A stretch of 35,804 bases of DNA from an uncultured Anaerolineaceae bacterium (GTDB lineage Bacteria > Chloroflexota > Anaerolineae > Anaerolineales > E44-bin32), in contig CAYHSI010000002.1 of the NCBI GenBank assembly GCA_964359225.1, positions 1 through 35,804 on the forward strand, in the 5' to 3' direction. The position numbers and the translations under genes were made by a program. The notes below the pieces were generated by a model. It made no database searches. It was not told the origin of the DNA and saw only the letters and a list, made by a program, of their open reading frames with translations. Position 1 is the first letter of the stretch. Each line of letters starts with the position of its first letter. This document shows positions 31,669 through 35,804 of the stretch, one piece after another.

Positions 31669-32486
31669 ACCACCGGCTGACCGACACCCACTGCCACCTG
31701 ATCCTGCCCGAGTTTTCGGGTGATCTGGATGAGACCCTTGAGCGGGCTCAGGCGTCCGGCATCGGGACCCTGATCGTCCCTGGGATCGATCTGCCGACCA
31801 GCCGCATGGCGGTGAGCCTGGCCGAGAGCCGCCCCGGGCTGTTCGCCGCGGTTGGAATCCACCCGCACGAGTCGGAGAGCTGGTCGCCATCGGTCGGTGT
31901 GGAACTGCGCGAACTGGCTCGGTCCCCGACGGTGAAAGCCATCGGTGAAATCGGGCTGGACCACTATCGCGATCGGGCTCCTCGGCCAGCGCAGCGTGCC
32001 GCCCTCCAGGCCCAGCTGGAGATAGCCGGCGACTTGAGGCTCCCGGTGATCGTCCACAACCGGGCGGCCATCGAAGAGCTGCTGGCGGTTCTGATAGAAT
32101 GGTCGGGCGGCCTCGATCCAAGGCTGCGGTCTCGAGCCGGAGTGTTGCACGCGTTCTCCGGCAAGCTTGAACATGCCCAAACCGCAATCGGCTCGGGCTT
32201 TTTCATTGGAGTAGCTGGCCCGCTGACTTATCCTAACGCCCGACCGCTTCGAGAGCTCGTGCAGCGAGTTTCGCTTGATCGGCTGCTTTTGGAGACCGAC
32301 TCACCCTACCTGCCACCCCAGTCCCACCGCGGTCAGCGGAACGAACCCGCCCATCTGTCTGAAATCGCCACCACCCTCGCCAAGTTGCACTCATCCGAGA
32401 TCGCCAAGGTCACCCGGCTGACCTCGCAAAACGCGGCTCACTTATTTGAGCTGAGCAATGGAAGCAACCACCCTCACCTTCAGTGA
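31665..32486 (+). CDS. tatD: TatD-family metal-dependent hydrolase
   Basis: 273 aa. TDTHCHL, GIHPHE, GEIGLD, VIVHNR, ETDSPYL motifs. TTG start in a TTGA overlap. Confidence 0.85.
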   Translation: MNHRLTDTHCHLILPEFSGDLDETLERAQASGIGTLIVPGIDLPTSRMAVSLAESRPGLFAAVGIHPHESESWSPSVGVELRELARSPTVKAIGEIGLDHYRDRAPRPAQRAALQAQLEIAGDLRLPVIVHNRAAIEELLAVLIEWSGGLDPRLRSRAGVLHAFSGKLEHAQTAIGSGFFIGVAGPLTYPNARPLRELVQRVSLDRLLLETDSPYLPPQSHRGQRNEPAHLSEIATTLAKLHSSEIAKVTRLTSQNAAHLFELSNGSNHPHLQ

Positions 32487-33432
32487 TCTGGTGGCATCCG
32501 GCTTGGCGGCCGTCGAGGCCCGGATGCGTCAGGCGACCCCGGCCGACCACCCGGAGTTAGACGCGGCCTTAGACCAGCTGTTGGGATCGCGGGGCAAGCG
32601 ACTGCGCCCGACTTTGGTCCTGCTGAGTGCCGGGCTGCTCGGCGCCGACTATGCCCGCAGCGTAGATCTGGCTGCAGCAATTGAACTGCTGCACACCGCA
32701 ACTCTCGTCCATGATGACTTGATCGACGGATCGCTGCTGCGGCGAGGACATCCCACCCTCAACGCGCGCTGGGAGGGCGGCGCCACCGTCCTGATCGGAG
32801 ACTACTTGTTTGCCCGGGCCGCGGAGCTGGCCGCGGCCACCCAGTCTCTGTCCTGCATGGAGATCTTTGCCCGAACACTCACCACCATCGTCCAAGGGGA
32901 ACTCAATCAACTGCTCGGATCGAGTTCGACCAATCTTCGGACCGCCTATTTCGAGCGGGTCTACGCCAAGACCGGATCGCTCTTCGAGCTCGCCGCGTTG
33001 GCCCCCGCCATATTGGCAGGCACGAGCATAGTCACCCAGGATAGGTTGCGTGAATTCGGCCGCAGCCTGGGGATTGCATTCCAGATCGTCGATGACGTGC
33101 TCGACTTCACCGGCCAGGCCGATGAAGTTGGCAAGCCGGTCGCCAGCGACTTACGCAATGGTCTAGTCACCCTTCCAACCCTTTGCCACCTCGAAGAGAA
33201 TCCTGCGGATGCCGAGGCAGTTGGCCTGCTGGTTCGCGGGGAACTCTCGGACCAAGCCCAAGACCGGCTGATTGCGTCTATTCGAAGCTCTGGAGCGGTG
33301 GCCGCGGCCCGTGCGGAGGCCGAAGGCTACATTGACGCCTGCCTCGCCCTGCTCGGCGAGCTTCCCTCCGATCGACCAGAACACCAGGCGCTTGGCGACC
33401 TGGCCAACTACGTCCTGGAGCGGACCCTGTGA
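32458..33432 (+). CDS. Long-chain trans-polyprenyl diphosphate synthase (hepta/octaprenyl type)
   Basis: 324 aa. First and second Asp-rich motifs [15 protein letters not shown] and [10 protein letters not shown]. 29-nt overlap with tatD. Confidence 0.85.
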   Translation: MEATTLTFSDLVASGLAAVEARMRQATPADHPELDAALDQLLGSRGKRLRPTLVLLSAGLLGADYARSVDLAAAIELLHTATLVHDDLIDGSLLRRGHPTLNARWEGGATVLIGDYLFARAAELAAATQSLSCMEIFARTLTTIVQGELNQLLGSSSTNLRTAYFERVYAKTGSLFELAALAPAILAGTSIVTQDRLREFGRSLGIAFQIVDDVLDFTGQADEVGKPVASDLRNGLVTLPTLCHLEENPADAEAVGLLVRGELSDQAQDRLIASIRSSGAVAAARAEAEGYIDACLALLGELPSDRPEHQALGDLANYVLERTL

Positions 33433-34052
33433 CCGTCCACGTCTCCGGCCATCCGCTGGTCGCCCACAAGCTGGCTCGGATCCGCAACAAGCAGACCGAT
33501 CCGAAGAAGTTTCGAGAACTGATTCGGGAGATCTCGGCCTTGCTGACCTACGAAGCCACCCAGGATCTGGCGATGAATCCAATCCGGGTTCAAACCCCGC
33601 TCGAGGAAACCCATGGATCGGTCCTGGCGGAGAAGATTGGCCTGGTCCCGATCTTGCGGGCTGGATTGGGAATGGTTGAAGGAGTGTGGGAGCTAATGCC
33701 TTCGGCCGAGGTCTGGCACATCGGCTTGTATCGAGACGAGAAGAGCTTCCGGCCGGTCGAGTACTACAACAAGCTGCCGGTAGAGCCCACGGTCTCCGTG
33801 TGTCTGGTCTTGGACCCCATGCTCGCGACCGGGGGATCGGCGGTGGCCACTGTGGACATCCTCAAACGTTGGGGGGTAAAGCGGATCAAGTTCGTTGGTC
33901 TGATCGGGGCTCCAGAAGGTATAGCCAACATGGAGTCGCACCACCCTGAGGTTCCGGTATACCTTGCCGCCGTCGATGACCACCTGAACGAACGCGCATT
34001 CATTGTCCCCGGTCTCGGAGACGCCGGCGATCGCCAATTCGGGACCGCCTAG
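33429..34052 (+). CDS. upp: Uracil phosphoribosyltransferase
   Basis: 207 aa. [35 protein letters not shown], and a C-terminal [18 protein letters not shown] start in a GTGA overlap. Confidence 0.9.
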   Translation: MTVHVSGHPLVAHKLARIRNKQTDPKKFRELIREISALLTYEATQDLAMNPIRVQTPLEETHGSVLAEKIGLVPILRAGLGMVEGVWELMPSAEVWHIGLYRDEKSFRPVEYYNKLPVEPTVSVCLVLDPMLATGGSAVATVDILKRWGVKRIKFVGLIGAPEGIANMESHHPEVPVYLAAVDDHLNERAFIVPGLGDAGDRQFGTA

Positions 34053-34092
34053 CTGATAGGTCCCCTGCCTTTCGAGTTCGCGGCCGGAACTG

Positions 34093-35688
34093 CTAGGAAC
34101 TGAGTTCGGCCTGGACTTCGTGTAGGTGTTCGACCAGCCACGGAGGGAGGGGCCTCCGTTCTAGCAGTTGAGCGGTCGACTCTCGAGCTTCTTCGAGCTC
34201 CCCGATTAACCGCAATCCGTCGATCATCACGGCATTGGCTATTGGGTCCTCCGGGGCAGCCTGCAGCGCGCGGTCGATCAGCACTTTGGCCGCGTCCAAC
34301 TCTCCAAGATAGAGCAGCGAGCGAGCTTTGAGCACCGGAAGCGGGGTCCACTCCGGGTACAGCTGATTCACCCGATCGAGATAAGGCATCATCTGACCGG
34401 ACTCCGCGCCAAGGAAGAGCGCTTGAGTCAGCATACCAGCCAGCCGAGGATCGCTGCCCAGGTTTGCGCCGGAGAGTTCGAGGCCGGCTAGCAGCGCCTC
34501 TGTCGCCCCCAGGTAGTCTGCTTGTTCAAGGTAGAGTTCTGCGGCTCTCGTGAATTCCCCCACCGCTGCAGCCGAATCGGGAGGCTGGGGGATCGCCGAC
34601 CCGACCGGCTGAGACTGGATGGGCTGAATTACCGACTGTGGGGCAGCTGCGGCAGTCTCGTCCAGGGCGCCTCCCATGGCGATGAGAAAGCTTGCCAGGC
34701 AAACGGTGGTCATTAGAAGGCCACTTGCAACCCAGACCCACCTTCTTGGTCTCCGGGCGGGTTTTGTCCCGGCCGCCGCCGTTACTGCGGCCCGGATCGG
34801 AGCTGGAATCGGGACCGGAGCCGGTGTGACAGCCGGCGACTCGCCCGGCCCCCAGGGTGAAATCCCTTGCACTGCGCGCTCGAAGGCCTGGACCGTCTCG
34901 GCGACGTTCTTGAAACGGTCTTGGCGGTCTTTGGCCAATGCCTTGAGCAGCACCTTTTCCAGATCCTCCGGGATCTTGGCATTAATGCTGCGCGGCAACG
35001 GCAAGGGAGTGTATATGTGATCGTGAATGATCGAGAAGGGGGTGTCCGAGCTAAACGGCACCCGGCCCACGCACAGTTGATACAGGACGATCCCGAGCGA
35101 GTAGATGTCTGTACCTGCGTCCAGGTTTTGCTCCCCGCGGGCTTGCTCGGGCGAGATGTAGTGTGGCGTTCCCAGCAGCTGGTCGCCGGAAAGGGTCGAT
35201 TGCCCGGCCTCCGCCATGCGGGCCAGGCCGAAATCGGTGAGGAAAACTCCTCCGGACTCGGTAAGCAAGATGTTGGACGGCTTGATGTCCCGATGCAGGA
35301 CTCCCTGATCGTGGGCGTAACTCAGTGCTTTCCCGATCGCCCGTACGATTTCGAGGATCCGATCTTTCGCCGGCCAACCGCGATCCAATGCCGCTTTGAG
35401 CGTCTCGCCTTCTACGAATTTCATCACCAGGAAAGGCTGCCTGAGATGGTCAGCGAAGTCGTAGACCGGAACGATGTTGGGATGGTCGAGCCTGGCAACC
35501 ACCTTGGCCTCCCGCTCGAAACGCCGCAGGAATTGGGGATCTTGCATGAAGGCGGGATGCATCACCTTGAGGGCGACGTAGCGGTCTAGGGCCGGATGAT
35601 AGGCCTTGAAGACCGTAGCCATCCCTCCTTGACCGAGTTGCTCGATGATTCGATACTGACCGACGTTTTCGCCTGGTTGGAAGGGCAT
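34093..35688 (-). CDS. Ser/Thr protein kinase with one TM helix and a TPR-like C-terminal domain
   Basis: 531 aa. GQGGMATVFKA, VALKV, HRDIKPSNIL, DFGLA, GTPHYISPE. TM around WVWVASGLLMTTVCLASFLIAMG. Helical-repeat C-terminus. Confidence 0.9.
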   Translation of the reverse strand: MPFQPGENVGQYRIIEQLGQGGMATVFKAYHPALDRYVALKVMHPAFMQDPQFLRRFEREAKVVARLDHPNIVPVYDFADHLRQPFLVMKFVEGETLKAALDRGWPAKDRILEIVRAIGKALSYAHDQGVLHRDIKPSNILLTESGGVFLTDFGLARMAEAGQSTLSGDQLLGTPHYISPEQARGEQNLDAGTDIYSLGIVLYQLCVGRVPFSSDTPFSIIHDHIYTPLPLPRSINAKIPEDLEKVLLKALAKDRQDRFKNVAETVQAFERAVQGISPWGPGESPAVTPAPVPIPAPIRAAVTAAAGTKPARRPRRWVWVASGLLMTTVCLASFLIAMGGALDETAAAAPQSVIQPIQSQPVGSAIPQPPDSAAAVGEFTRAAELYLEQADYLGATEALLAGLELSGANLGSDPRLAGMLTQALFLGAESGQMMPYLDRVNQLYPEWTPLPVLKARSLLYLGELDAAKVLIDRALQAAPEDPIANAVMIDGLRLIGELEEARESTAQLLERRPLPPWLVEHLHEVQAELSS

Positions 35689-35804
35689 GCTGGTTGCCTA
35701 TGGCTTCGATTAGACGATCACCAGATTATCTAGGAGACAATTCGAAGATAACAGTGAGTAAATTGTCCGGTGAGTCTAGGTTAGGCCTGCAGGACCGCAA
35801 GGCC

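Noticed and set aside
35776-35794. CTAGGTTAGGCCTGCAGGA: the left half is a perfect match to the IdeR/DtxR iron-box half-site (TAGGTTAGGC), and a DtxR-family regulator is encoded in the window
   Set aside because: The right half does not complete the palindrome; about 12 of 19 positions match TTAGGTTAGGCTAACCTAA. The site is at the window edge, so its context is unknown.
1-35804. Scan for CRISPR arrays, IS/transposase or integrase genes, prophage genes, rRNA, and long direct or inverted repeats
   Set aside because: I recognised none. Gene content is continuous housekeeping with uniform high GC. The only AT-richer patches are short intergenic promoter regions and the last ~115 nt upstream of the kinase gene.

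Overview
High-GC (roughly 60-65% by eye) bacterial chromosomal segment, densely coding and mostly housekeeping. The gene content looks like Terrabacteria, possibly Chloroflexota, but I cannot confirm taxonomy from this window. I call about 33 CDS and one tRNA. In order: a ParB/Srx-fold protein coupled to a CBS-domain PLP enzyme. An M20 peptidase and a DUF1385 protein. A three-gene split glutamate-synthase-like operon preceded by a promoter, a ~315-nt hairpin-rich leader and a terminator-like hairpin abutting the start codon. A DtxR/MntR-type regulator and tilS. A long cell-shape/division cluster, mreB-mreC-mreD-mrdA-minC-minD-minE-rodA. gltX, tRNA-Gln(CUG), and prfB with its classical +1 frameshift. 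secG, an orphan family-5 solute-binding protein, and a two-S1-domain protein. rel (RelA/SpoT) followed by a small Cys4, hyperacidic DUF1540-like protein. A parvulin-type PPIase, rpsF-rpsR, a PGM/PMM-family mutase, tatD, a polyprenyl synthase, upp, and a Ser/Thr kinase. I saw no CRISPR array, rRNA, transposase/integrase or long repeat. About a third of the starts are GTG/TTG, often in 4-nt stop/start overlaps. The items most worth follow-up are the atypical glutamate-synthase-like operon, its unclassified structured leader, and the ParB-fold/CysK-fold gene pair as a possible serine-kinase/O-phosphoserine module. All domain calls come from motif recognition by eye, with no database search. Promoter, terminator and RNA-structure calls are predictions.
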